A stretch of 64,000 nucleotides of DNA from Eledone cirrhosa (Eukaryota). Positions 57,259-64,000 of the stretch are shown one piece after another (position 1 is the first letter of the stretch; every line of letters starts with the position of its first letter). Below the pieces are notes generated by a model. That model ran no database searches. It worked only from the letters and a program-made list of their open reading frames with translations, and was not told the DNA's origin. A program made the translations under genes and the position numbers. The DNA is taken from positions 167,524,001 to 167,588,000 of the forward strand of contig OZ024741.1 in the NCBI GenBank assembly GCA_964016885.1, written 5' to 3'.

Positions 57259-59989
57259 TATATATATAATGTATATATATATATGTTGTATATATATATA
57301 TTGTATATATATATATATTGTATATATATATATTGTATATATATATATTGTATATATATATATATATATATATATTGTATATATATATATATATTGTATA
57401 TATATATATTGTATATATATATATATATATATTGTATATATATATATATATATATTGTATATATATATAATGTATATATATATTGTGTATATATATAATG
57501 TATATATATATTGTATATATATATAATTGTTTCTACTTTAGGCACAAGGCCAGCAATTACCTAGTGCATTACTGGTACTTTATTTTATCGACCCCGTAAG
57601 GATGAAAGGCAAAGTCAACCTCGGCGGGATTTGAACTCAGATCGTAAAGGGACGTAACTATGCCGGAAAGCATGGCGTCCGACACTCTACCGATACTGCC
57701 AATCCACCGCCCTTATATATATATATAATGTATATATATAATGTATATATATATATATTGTATATATATAATGTATATATATTGTATATATATAATGTAT
57801 ATATATTGTATATATATAATGTATATATACGTATATATATCATGTTTATATACATATATATATATACTGTATATATACTTATATGTATACCGTATATATA
57901 CTTATATGTATACTGTATATATACTTATATGTATACTGTATCTATACTTATATATATACTGTATATATACTTATATATATAATGTATATATGCATATATA
58001 TATACTGTATATATGCATATATATACTGTATATATACTTATATATATAATGTATATATGCCTATATATATACTGTATATATACATATATATACTGTATAT
58101 ATACATATATATACTGTATATATACATATATATACTGTATATATACATATATATACTGTATATATACATATATTTACTGTATATACACACATATATATAT
58201 ATATACTGTATATATGCATATATATATATACTGTATATATGCATATATGTATACTGTATATATACATATATATTCTGTATATACACATATATATATATAC
58301 TGTATATATACATATATATACTGTATATATACATATATATATACTGTATATATATACCTGCAACCCTGATGGTATTCAATGATGTTGACTTGTTCTTATT
58401 GTTGGTAAATATCATTTTGGTTAAGAGAGTGGGACTGGCTTTGTGCAGTGCCTTTGCTCACTATAAAATCTTCACGGCACAGGCATTGCTTTATATCTGG
58501 AGATCTCTCTGCACTTGTCGTCACATGGTACCATGGGCCCAGCAATATGTGTCAATAATTGTCACAAGTGCAGTGTTTATACCAGAGTTTTCAAGTCGCT
58601 GGCTGGACTAAAAAGTCACACTCGTTCAGCGCATCAGTAGGGGTTCTCCTACATGGATATGAAGTAGTGGCCGTACTCGAAAACGAGTTGGCAGCCACCA
58701 TATACTGTATATATACTTATATATATATAATGTATATATACTTATGTATATACTGTATATATACTTATATACATATATAATGTATATATACTTTGAAAGT
58801 ACAGTAGCTAGAGTCAGAACTGGATGGAAAAAGTTCAGAGAGCTTATACCACTATTAGCCGCTAAAGGGTTCGCCCTAAAAATGAAAGCAGGTTGTGTGA
58901 TGCCTGCATACGAACAGCAATGTTGCATGGCAGTGAGACCTGGGCATTGTGTGCAGAGGATATACGCAAACTAGAGAGGAACGAAGCTTGCATGCTCCGC
59001 TGGATGTGTAATAGTAATATACGTGAGCGGCAAAGCATAAACGAACTAAGGAAAAAATTAGAAATAAGAGGGATCAGATGTTGTTTACTCGAGAGAAGGC
59101 TACGTTGGTATGGTCACGTGATGCGCATGAAAGACGGCAGCTGTATAACATAGTGCAGGGCAATAAAGATAGATGGTAGCCACGGAGTAGGCAGACCCAG
59201 TAAAACCTGGGACGACCTGATAAATTCCAACCTCACACACTTACACCTCTCCAAGACAATGTCACTGGACCGAGACCTTTGGCGGTACTCAGTAACAGAG
59301 AAGACCCACCTTACCTAAATACAAAGTAAAACCTACTAGTCAGTAGGCATCTCTAACAAAATACACCCCCGTTCCACCCCATCCACACCACCCCCTTCAA
59401 TGCAAAATTATGTTGGTGCCACAACATCCAGGCCGAAACAAACGAGATCGTGTAGGTGTCACGACAAAAAAACACACAGTCCACGCTGTAATGTGACCGT
59501 GTAGGCAACACGGTAAAAACCTCCCAGTCCCACACTGTAAATGTGGTTGGTGTTAGGAAGGGCATCCAGCTGTAGAAAATACGCCAGACAGTCCACACTG
59601 TAATGTGGCCGTGTAGGCAACACGGTAAAAACCTCCCAGCCCCACACTGTAAATGTGGTTGGTGTTAGGAAGGGCATCCAGCTGTAGAAAACCCGCCAGA
59701 CAGTCCTATGCGAGCAAGACAACCACTCTTGCCTCAAGTGGGAAAACCCCTGTCCAAACCCATGCAAGCGTGGAACAGGGACGTTAAACGATGATGATGG
59801 TGATATATACTGTATATATAATTATATATATACTGTATATATACTTATATATATATACTGTATATATATTTATATATATATACTGTATATATATTTATAT
59901 ATATATACTGTATATATACTTATATATATATATGGTATATATACTTATATATATATGTATATACTGTATATATATACTTACAGATACTG

Positions 59990-60024
<35 letters not shown>

Positions 60025-60188
60025 GTCCCAAGGCTCTGATACCATCAACACTATAAACAAAGAGCTGGCATATCTAAGAGCTGACTAACTGCCTGATGAG
60101 GTCATAGCCATTCAATGGCTACCTACCATCGAAATATATATAGCAGTAAATAAAGGAATATGAGTTCATGCAATTGACTTATGTTTCG

Positions 60189-60225
<37 letters not shown>

Positions 60226-60608
60226 TGTATACATAGATATCTTTATCTTTAATTTGAGATTCAGTGTTATCACTTTGAAATTATTTGTTTGTCTTGAATT
60301 ATTCCAATTCATTATTCTTTGTGTAATTAGATGAGCTTCACTTTGAAAATGATAACTTTTGGTAATTAACACTCTATTTAATGATTCTGAAGATATGGAA
60401 TATATTCTCTTATTCCTTACCTTCCTGATGTCTTCTTTTCCATTTCCTTTCTAATGAGATGAAAAGTCAGAGTTGCCTAAATTAATTACAGGAGCTAAAT
60501 TGCAGACAAATGTGGTGTGTTACATGTTTGTGTATGCATGTGTCCTAGTGTTTTTTTTGTACATCTACATGTATACCTATTTGTGTTTGCTTGTGTATAT
60601 GTGTGTGC

Positions 60609-60643
<35 letters not shown>

Positions 60644-61351
60644 CAAGCATGCATGCATGGTTATGTGCCTATATATATATGTGCACATGCATGCTTGCAC
60701 ACACACTCACACACACATTTACACACTCTCCCATACATATGTAAGTATATATGTATGTATATATATATATGTATATATGTATATATGTATGTATATATAT
60801 ATGTATATATATAGAAGGATTTAAATGGATACAGTTCAGTTAAAAGGAATTTATTGACATGTGTTTCAATAACAGTTACATAACCTGAAAACAGCTGCTA
60901 TCTACAAAGTATTAGTTATGCAGACATTCAATATTTCAATGTTATTATCTACTGTCATTTCATCAGAATAATTTTATTGAGAACCTGTTTGGTTTTTATA
61001 GAGAATATTAGGAGGGAGGGGTGAAGTTGTTAGAAGAATAGTTAAGGGAGTGGTTTTTTGATAGCAGTGAGATTCTGGCTTGATTTCTACAGCTGGATGC
61101 CCTTCCTAACACCCACCTCATTTACAGTGAGTGCTGGGTGCTTTTTTGCGTTGGCACCTCCACGACCACTTTGCAGTGGAATGATAGGGACTGCAGTCCT
61201 ATCATCTCATTTCTACAGCTGAGTAAACTGGAGTAATGTGAAATAAAGTGTCTTGCTCAAGGAAACAACACATCACCCGGTCTGAGAATTGAACTCACAA
61301 CCTTTCGATTGCAAAGCCAATGCTCTAACCACTAAGCCATGTGCCTCCATA

Positions 61352-61409
<58 letters not shown>

Positions 61410-62627
61410 TATATGTATATATGTATGTATATATTTATATATGTATATATATGTATATATGTATCCAATGATGTTGACTTGTTCTTCTTTTTGGTAAATA
61501 TCATCTTGGTTAAGAGAGTGGGACTGGCTTTGTGCAGTGCCTTTGCTCACTATAAAAGCTTCACGGCACAGGCATTGCTTTATATCTGGAGATCTCTTTG
61601 CACTTGTCGTCACATGGTACCATGGGCCCAGCACTGTGTCAATAATTGTCACAGGTGTAGTGTTTGTACCAGAGTTTTCAAGTCGCTGGCTGGACTAAAA
61701 AGTCACACTCGTTCAGCGCATCGGTAGGGGTTCTCCTACATGGATATAAAGTAGTGGCCGTACTCGAAAACGAGTTGGCAGCCACCATGTATGTATGTAT
61801 GTATGTATGTATGTCAGGTCACCAGTTGGTGCTACTGGTAATATGTATTCCAGTACAACCTGCCTCATGGTCGGGTCGTTGGCGACTAAACTGCCAACCC
61901 CACCAAGGTTTCTTGGTCAGGAGGGTGACTTTGGACATCCTGCAGGACTAAAAACAAAACCTGTCAAAGGCAAAGGAGCTCTTAAGAGTCAATGGCCATC
62001 CAAAATCCACAAGAGAGATGACCCCTTAGCCTTTGTCAAGGCAGAATTCTAGGAGAAGGAAAACTCTGATATAAAACCTGCAACCCTGATGGTATTCAAT
62101 GATGTTGACTTGTTCTTCATTTTGGTAAATATCATCTTGGTTAAGAGAGTGGGACTGGCTTTGTGCAGTGCCTTTGTCACTATAAAAGCTTCACGGCACA
62201 GGCATTGCTTTATATCTTGAGATCTCTCTGCACTTGTCGTCACATGGTACCATGGGCCCAGCACTATGTGTCAATAATTGTCACAAGTGTAGTGTTTGTA
62301 CCAGAGTTTTCAAGTCGCAGGCTGGACTAAAAAGTCACACTCGTTCAGCGCATCAGTAGGGGTTCTCCTACATGGATATAAAGTAATGGCCGTACTCGAA
62401 AACGAGTTGGCAGTCACCATGTATATTTGTATGTATATATATACATGTATATATGTATGTATATATATGTATGTAATGTATATATGTATTATATATGTAT
62501 GTATATGTATATATATGTATATATATATATGTATGTATATGTATGTATGTATATATATATATATGTATGTATATGTATGTATATATATATGTATATGTAT
62601 GTATATATATATATATGTATGTATATG

Positions 62628-62664
<37 letters not shown>

Positions 62665-64000
62665 CATCATCATCATCATCATCAGGTTTAGCGTCCGTGT
62701 TCCACGCTTGCATGGGTTTGGACGGGGGTTTTCCCACTTGAGGCAAGAGTGGTTGTCTTGCTCGCATAGGACTGTCTGGCGGGTTTTCTACAGTTGGATG
62801 CCCTTCCTAACACCAACCACATTTACAGTGTGGGGCTGGGAGGTTTTTACCGTGTTGCCTACACGGCCACATTACAGTGTGGACTGTCTGGCGGGTTTTC
62901 TACAGCTGGATGCCCTTCCTAACACCAACCACATTTACAGTGTGGGGCTGGGAGGTTTTTACCGTGTTGCCTACACGGCCACATTTACAGCGTGGACTGT
63001 GTGTTTTTTTGTCGTGACACCTACACGATCTCATTTGTTTCGGCCTGGATGTTGTGGGACCAACATAACTTTACATTGAAAGATATATATATATATATAT
63101 ATGTGTGTATGTTTGTTTATACCTGTATGTACCACTTCGATTAAATGTGTACTGGACTTGAAAAACAATAAAGGCTAGGCTTGATATGGTATACTAAGCT
63201 CCTTCAAGGCAGTGCCTCAGCATGGCTGCAATCTCTTGACTGAAACTAATAAATAAATAAAGAATAATTAAGTTTGATATAAACTGTGAGACTGTTTAAA
63301 TTGTTTCTTTTAGAAATAATATTTTAAATGTTGAAACTACAACACTAAGCAAAGAAAAGTGTCCTGATTTACAAATTCTACAGGTAGATGCTTATATCAG
63401 AGACGACATATATAGAAAGATCTAGATATAGCTTTGTAAATGTAACATTTATATTGCCAATTTCCTAACACTATAAAATTTAACAATAAATGTATATAAA
63501 AATATAGTCAATGTTTTTTTTAATAAACTATTATATATATACATTCATGAAACATATGTATACAAAAACACATGCACACACGCACACACACATACATACA
63601 AAAACGTGTATATATTTATTATAAGAAACAGATTAAAGTTTAAGCAAACAATCATTGCTTTCACCCTCAACCGGTTCTTCAGAAGATCCCATTAAGGGTT
63701 AAAGCAGCGATCCCCCGCTCAAACTTTAATCTGTTCTTATAATAAATATTTGCTCTACGGGTTTTTATATATATATATATATATATCCTTATTGCGCCCT
63801 CTTCAGATTTTAGTCTTCACATTTATTATTACTATATATATGTGTGTTTATATATATGTGTGAATGAAGTAATTCCGTCGGAAAGGTCCAGGAAAAAAGA
63901 GTACTCTATGTAGGTTACAGAGCTTAATAGTTATGTAATAAACAACATAAGGCAATTATTTCATTTACCAGTGGTTTCTTGAAAGCAATCAAATTTTGCT
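1607..64000 (+). CDS. Multi-exon gene for a RUN domain + PDZ-like domain protein (incomplete, continues beyond window). Exons 1-12 translate as [256 protein letters not shown]
   Basis: Twelve exons with canonical GT donors/AG acceptors join with matching phases and no stops (768 nt). RUN motifs: LCxxIExIFxxGLK, DYW, [11 protein letters not shown], WY..SIL, final LL..I.F.L. PDZ-like motifs: [33 protein letters not shown]. Domain calls are from motif memory, not a search. Confidence 0.9.
1781..1880. mobile_element. Short Tc1/mariner-type MITE (second copy ~45218-45322)
   Basis: Two ~100-bp copies share cttcaacagcattctaataaatattgcctgta; TA-CAGG-type inverted ends are clearest in the second copy. 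Confidence 0.55.
3679..5770 (+). mobile_element. 5'-truncated RTE-clade LINE, near-intact RT ORF (3751-5067 and 5013-5423, one frameshift), 3'UTR and (GAT)n tail
   Basis: RT motifs [33 protein letters not shown]; RTE C-terminus RRLRWYGHV...GRPRKTW; 1-bp deletion near 5011 relative to the copy at 37-38 kb. Confidence 0.95.
5778..6975 (-). mobile_element. Decayed RTE LINE 3' part, tail-to-tail with the previous copy; ~40-bp tandem repeats in the 3'UTR (~5940-6180)
   Basis: ORF fragments [26 protein letters not shown]; homologous 3'UTR. Confidence 0.85.
6980..7970 (-). mobile_element. 5' part of a different, BovB-like RTE LINE: probable 5'UTR plus decayed APE endonuclease
   Basis: Minus-strand translation gives NIRTL...[42 protein letters not shown], with stops/frameshifts. 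Confidence 0.75.
8196..8303 (+). CDS. RUN-PDZ gene exon 2 ([10 protein letters not shown]...[14 protein letters not shown])
   Basis: ttgtctttaccttAG acceptor, GTAAGT donor, 108 nt; RUN first-helix motif. Confidence 0.92.
9490..9565 (+). CDS. RUN-PDZ gene exon 3 ([25 protein letters not shown])
   Basis: Polypyrimidine tract + ttacAG acceptor, AG|GTGAAA donor, 76 nt, phase 1 to 2; DYW motif. Confidence 0.9.
9700..10050 (-). mobile_element. Two diverged SINE family A copies
   Basis: Degenerate ctggtacttattttatc...aaggcaaag...gatttgaac core. Confidence 0.65.
10500..11110 (-). mobile_element. Decayed RTE-like LINE 3' fragment
   Basis: Minus-strand HESWVMTER..., [12 protein letters not shown]...[11 protein letters not shown]. 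Confidence 0.6.
11824..11875 (+). CDS. RUN-PDZ gene exon 4 ([18 protein letters not shown])
   Basis: cttgcAG acceptor, AAG|GTGAAT donor, 52 nt, phase 2 to 0 restores the frame between exons 3 and 5. Confidence 0.85.
12248..12433 (-). mobile_element. tRNA-derived SINE family A, near full length (other copies: 31468-31680 +, 35615-35710 -, 41612-41888 + two tandem, 43432-43625 +, 52323-52495 +, 55381-55563 -, 57524-57711 -)
   Basis: Pol III A box (TGGCAGTATCGG) and B box (GAGTTCAAATCC), then core gcctttcatccttacggggtcgataaaataaagtacca, which resembles the Meta-type SINE core from memory. Confidence 0.88.
12841..13071. repeat. (CCA/CTA)n trinucleotide microsatellite
   Basis: Directly visible; explains the Gly/Ser ORF 12884-13213. 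Confidence 0.95.
13199..13306 (+). CDS. RUN-PDZ gene exon 5 ([19 protein letters not shown]...HRLTD)
   Basis: ttcatttttAG acceptor, GTAATA donor, 108 nt; RUN core GR..IR.AL motif. Confidence 0.92.
14205..14615 (+). mobile_element. Old RTE LINE 3' remnant (similar remnants ~16215-16740 -, ~25260-26440 -, ~28660-29280 +)
   Basis: Degenerate RLE.NEAAML.WMCNV / ERRLCW..HVM motifs and gcatggaa 3' end. Confidence 0.7.
14734..14782 (+). CDS. RUN-PDZ gene exon 6 ([16 protein letters not shown])
   Basis: tttcAG acceptor, AG|GTATGT donor, 49 nt; WY..SIL motif. Confidence 0.9.
14870..15172 (-). mobile_element. CR1/L2-group LINE ORF2 3' remnant
   Basis: [19 protein letters not shown]...[17 protein letters not shown]. 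Confidence 0.7.
15254..15625. mobile_element. MITE-like element with perfect 70-bp terminal inverted repeats
   Basis: 15254-15323 is the exact reverse complement of 15556-15625; lies between (TA)n tracts. Confidence 0.85.
15935..16215. repeat. Long imperfect palindrome (~130-bp arms), foldback/MITE-like
   Basis: aatgctg...gacttcatcagacagcat...aatacaggcta pairs with tagcctgtatt...atgctgcctgatgaagtc...cagcatt. Confidence 0.75.
16881..16939 (+). CDS. RUN-PDZ gene exon 7 ([20 protein letters not shown])
   Basis: Long T-tract + tttAG acceptor, AAG|GTAAGA donor, 59 nt; last RUN helix/strand. Confidence 0.9.
17820..19400. repeat. 49-bp minisatellite, ~30 copies
   Basis: Unit attacagacattagcccagtggatcagagaggtgggctaagagagtgtt; period 49 checked (17881/17930). 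Confidence 0.95.
19525..19740 (+). mobile_element. RTE 3'UTR fragment with (GAT)n tail
   Basis: tgttaggaagagcatccagctgtagaaa box, cccatgctagcgtggaa, gatgat tail. Confidence 0.8.
19745..20010 (+). mobile_element. BovB-like RTE C-terminal remnant
   Basis: [13 protein letters not shown] in one frame, then [10 protein letters not shown]...[13 protein letters not shown] (decayed terminal zinc-finger region). Confidence 0.55.
20515..20550 (+). CDS. RUN-PDZ gene exon 8 ([12 protein letters not shown]), 36 nt
   Basis: Strong polypyrimidine tract + ccAG, GTAAGT donor, phase 0-0. Confidence 0.9.
21140..21363. mobile_element. piggyBac-like MITE (also ~36170-36461, 43658-43873, 44597-44804)
   Basis: TTAA|CCCTTTAGCATTT...AAATGCTAAAGGG|TTAA-type termini and a shared ~220-bp body in four copies. 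Confidence 0.8.
22309..22361 (+). CDS. RUN-PDZ gene exon 9 ([17 protein letters not shown])
   Basis: tttctAG acceptor, GTAAGT donor, 53 nt; start of PDZ-like domain. Confidence 0.9.
22415..23770. repeat. 32-bp G/T-rich minisatellite, ~40 copies
   Basis: Unit gtggtatgatttgttgtggtgtggtggctatt with variant gttggggctgtt; period 32 checked. Confidence 0.95.
24937..24997 (+). CDS. RUN-PDZ gene exon 10 ([21 protein letters not shown])
   Basis: ctccctttAG acceptor, GTAAGT donor, 61 nt; PDZ V..V.PGS.AA motif. Confidence 0.92.
26520..27010 (-). mobile_element. Probable Penelope-like element 3' remnant with degenerate hammerhead
   Basis: Minus-strand ...[17 protein letters not shown] resembles a PLE GIY-YIG C-terminus; followed by CTGAAGA...GAcatgTC. 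Confidence 0.45.
29295..31000 (-). mobile_element. RTE LINE, second subfamily, 5'-truncated with internal deletion and stops
   Basis: ORFs 30522-30761, 29868-30491 (YADD, PHD-like WPCSVC) and 29597-29809; distinct 3'UTR. Confidence 0.92.
31008..31390 (-). mobile_element. RTE 3'UTR fragment with internal ~119-bp duplication
   Basis: Near identical to the 3'UTR of the 3679-5770 copy. Confidence 0.85.
31915..34330 (+). mobile_element. 5'-truncated, frameshifted CR1-clade LINE ORF2 plus 3'UTR (solo 3'UTR copy ~35150-35275)
   Basis: [12 protein letters not shown] (APE end), SPGLDG, PVSLTS, YADD, ERDLG, QRRATK, TRGH..K, FF..RV...WNKLP. Confidence 0.92.
35425..35496 (+). CDS. RUN-PDZ gene exon 11 ([24 protein letters not shown])
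   Basis: ttctccAG acceptor, AAG|GTTGGT donor, 72 nt; PDZ G.(L/V)..GD.(I/L) motif. Confidence 0.9.
36212..36315. repeat. 13-bp tandem (ttatctcacataa)n expansion inside a piggyBac-like MITE
   Basis: About 8 units; the motif is present once or twice in sister MITE copies. Confidence 0.85.
36675..37050 (-). mobile_element. RTE (second subfamily) 3' fragment
   Basis: Matches 29295-29720. Confidence 0.8.
37063..38708 (-). mobile_element. Young 5'-truncated RTE LINE with an uninterrupted RT reading frame to the stop at 37458
   Basis: Frame from [15 protein letters not shown] through YADD, PHD-like cluster, FRYLG to the stop; very similar to the 3679-5770 copy; 5' end abuts (TA)n. Confidence 0.95.
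39107..39410 (-). mobile_element. Diverged copy of the short bipartite RTE-derived element
   Basis: Reverse complement shares ctagcctttgtca, aactctgatataaaacctgc, aatgatgttga, gagagtggga and the tggcc.tactcga.aacgag terminus with 61813-62419. Confidence 0.7.
40223..41109 (+). mobile_element. Non-autonomous Helitron (887 bp) with internal ~37-bp tandem repeats (~40657-40803)
   Basis: A|TCTATATATATAAAA 5' end, subterminal GC-rich hairpin cccgagcaacgccggg, CTAG|T 3' end, no TSD. Confidence 0.85.
41975..42870 (-). mobile_element. Decayed, internally deleted RTE LINE
   Basis: ORFs 42472-42690 (YADD) and 42722-42946; RTE 3'UTR. Confidence 0.85.
43092..43148 (+). CDS. RUN-PDZ gene exon 12 ([19 protein letters not shown])
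   Basis: tctttctttAG acceptor, AAG|GTACAG donor, 57 nt; PDZ last helix and strand. Confidence 0.88.
44116..44590 (-). mobile_element. Decayed non-LTR retrotransposon C-terminal remnant (I/Jockey-group-like)
   Basis: [14 protein letters not shown] pattern resembles the CCHC-adjacent ORF2 end; A-rich tail downstream. Confidence 0.45.
45330..45525. mobile_element. Mariner-like MITE
   Basis: agggttggttgaaaagttcattggctgacta ... tagtcagcctataaacttttcagctgaccct imperfect ~30-bp TIRs. Confidence 0.65.
45645..45822 (+). mobile_element. RTE-X-like LINE 3' end (a second, different short 3' end at ~54922-55030)
   Basis: [16 protein letters not shown]...[12 protein letters not shown] followed by (GAT)n; second piece [15 protein letters not shown] followed by (ATAG)n. 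Confidence 0.7.
46130..48816 (-). mobile_element. Full-length Tigger/pogo-family DNA transposon with inactivated transposase (48544 to 46394)
   Basis: 24-bp TIRs CAGTGCATCTT(C/G)GCTTATCC(G/A)GAT with TA TSD on both sides; CENP-B-type HTH ([12 protein letters not shown]; LDQALYIW; GPILMEK), DDE-1 motifs [21 protein letters not shown], terminal KQSSIYSFF; stops, frameshifts and a SINE insertion. Confidence 0.93.
47341..47690 (-). mobile_element. tRNA-derived SINE family B (CORE-like body, RTE-type tail) inserted in the Tigger ORF; other copies 48949-49289 -, 52511-52845 +, 61071-61348 -
   Basis: A box TGGCTTAGTGG, B box GAGTTCAATTC, ccttgagcaagacactt core, shared RTE 3' box and (GAT)n tail. 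Confidence 0.9.
50724..51670 (-). mobile_element. RTE LINE 3' fragment
   Basis: ORF 51211-51615 ([19 protein letters not shown]) plus 3'UTR with duplication. Confidence 0.9.
52100..52146 (+). ncRNA. Minimal type I hammerhead ribozyme motif (Penelope-type)
   Basis: tgct CTGATGA ttccaga-tattcg-tctggaa GAAA c-aatt-g TC agca: 4-bp stem I, 7-bp stem II, palindromic stem III, GUC cleavage triplet. Confidence 0.85.
53165..58355. repeat. ~5.2-kb complex (TA)n-derived microsatellite with embedded SINE and LINE-end islands
   Basis: Directly visible; source of all YI-rich pseudo-ORFs. Length may be assembly-dependent. Confidence 0.95.
58355..58700 (+). mobile_element. 5'-truncated copy of the bipartite RTE-derived element (another at 61466-61787)
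   Basis: Near identical to 62075-62419. Confidence 0.8.
58793..59800 (+). mobile_element. RTE LINE 3' fragment in (TA)n
   Basis: [14 protein letters not shown]...[12 protein letters not shown]; 3'UTR with ~119-bp duplication; (GAT)n tail. Confidence 0.92.
60088..60147 (+). ncRNA. Minimal type I hammerhead ribozyme motif
   Basis: actgc CTGATGA ggt..tagccat/atggcta..atc GAAA t-atat-a TA gcagt: 5-bp stem I, palindromic stem III, AUA triplet. Confidence 0.75.
60851..60971 (-). ncRNA. Type I hammerhead ribozyme motif with enlarged, branched stem II
   Basis: Minus strand: ttatt CTGATGA aatgacagt ... actgttatt GAAA c-acat-g TC aataa: 5-bp stem I, 9-bp stem II base, GUC triplet. Confidence 0.75.
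61813..62419 (+). mobile_element. Short (~600 bp) bipartite non-autonomous RTE derivative: RTE-like 5'UTR fused to a terminal C2H2-finger segment, followed by (TGTA)n-type repeats
   Basis: gagaaggaaaactctgatataaaacc resembles RTE 5'UTRs (from memory); 3' part reads [16 protein letters not shown]; several copies in the window. Confidence 0.65.
62663..63080 (-). mobile_element. RTE 3'UTR fragment with ~119-bp duplication
   Basis: Near-exact reverse complement of ~59395-59800. Confidence 0.88.
63972..64000 (+). CDS. Probable exon 13 start (WFLESNQIL...), cut by window end
   Basis: tttcatttaccAG acceptor then an open phase-0 frame; only 29 nt visible and no donor seen. Confidence 0.45.

Noticed and set aside
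53069-58415. Very long YI/YT/IH-rich ORFs (up to 729 aa)
   Set aside because: Translation of (TA)n-derived microsatellite; open on both strands in several frames.
63382-63424. Alternative exon 13 after ttctacAG ([13 protein letters not shown])
   Set aside because: Hits a stop after 13 codons with no supporting motif; the acceptor at 63971 is a better, though unproven, candidate.

Overview
AT-rich, repeat-dense eukaryotic DNA. The SINE, RTE and (TA)n repertoire suggests an octopod cephalopod (inference). Nearly the whole window is one plus-strand host gene split into very small exons, which the ORF track misses. Twelve phase-compatible GT-AG exons (1607-43148; 768 nt, 256 codons) splice into an uninterrupted N-terminal RUN domain followed by a PDZ-like domain, and a probable 13th exon starts at 63972. 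The introns contain many RTE-clade LINE copies (RT with an inserted PHD-like Cys/His cluster), a decayed CR1, two tRNA-derived SINE families and a short bipartite RTE derivative. They also hold a full-length but dead Tigger/pogo transposon whose transposase carries an apparent spliceosomal intron, a non-autonomous Helitron, piggyBac-like and mariner-like MITEs, palindromic elements, two minisatellites and a ~5-kb (TA)n-derived array. At least three well-formed minimal type I hammerhead ribozyme motifs of the Penelope-associated kind lie in the last large intron. No prokaryotic-type system (CRISPR, operon) is present. Repeat boundaries are approximate; exon, TIR and hammerhead coordinates were counted by hand.
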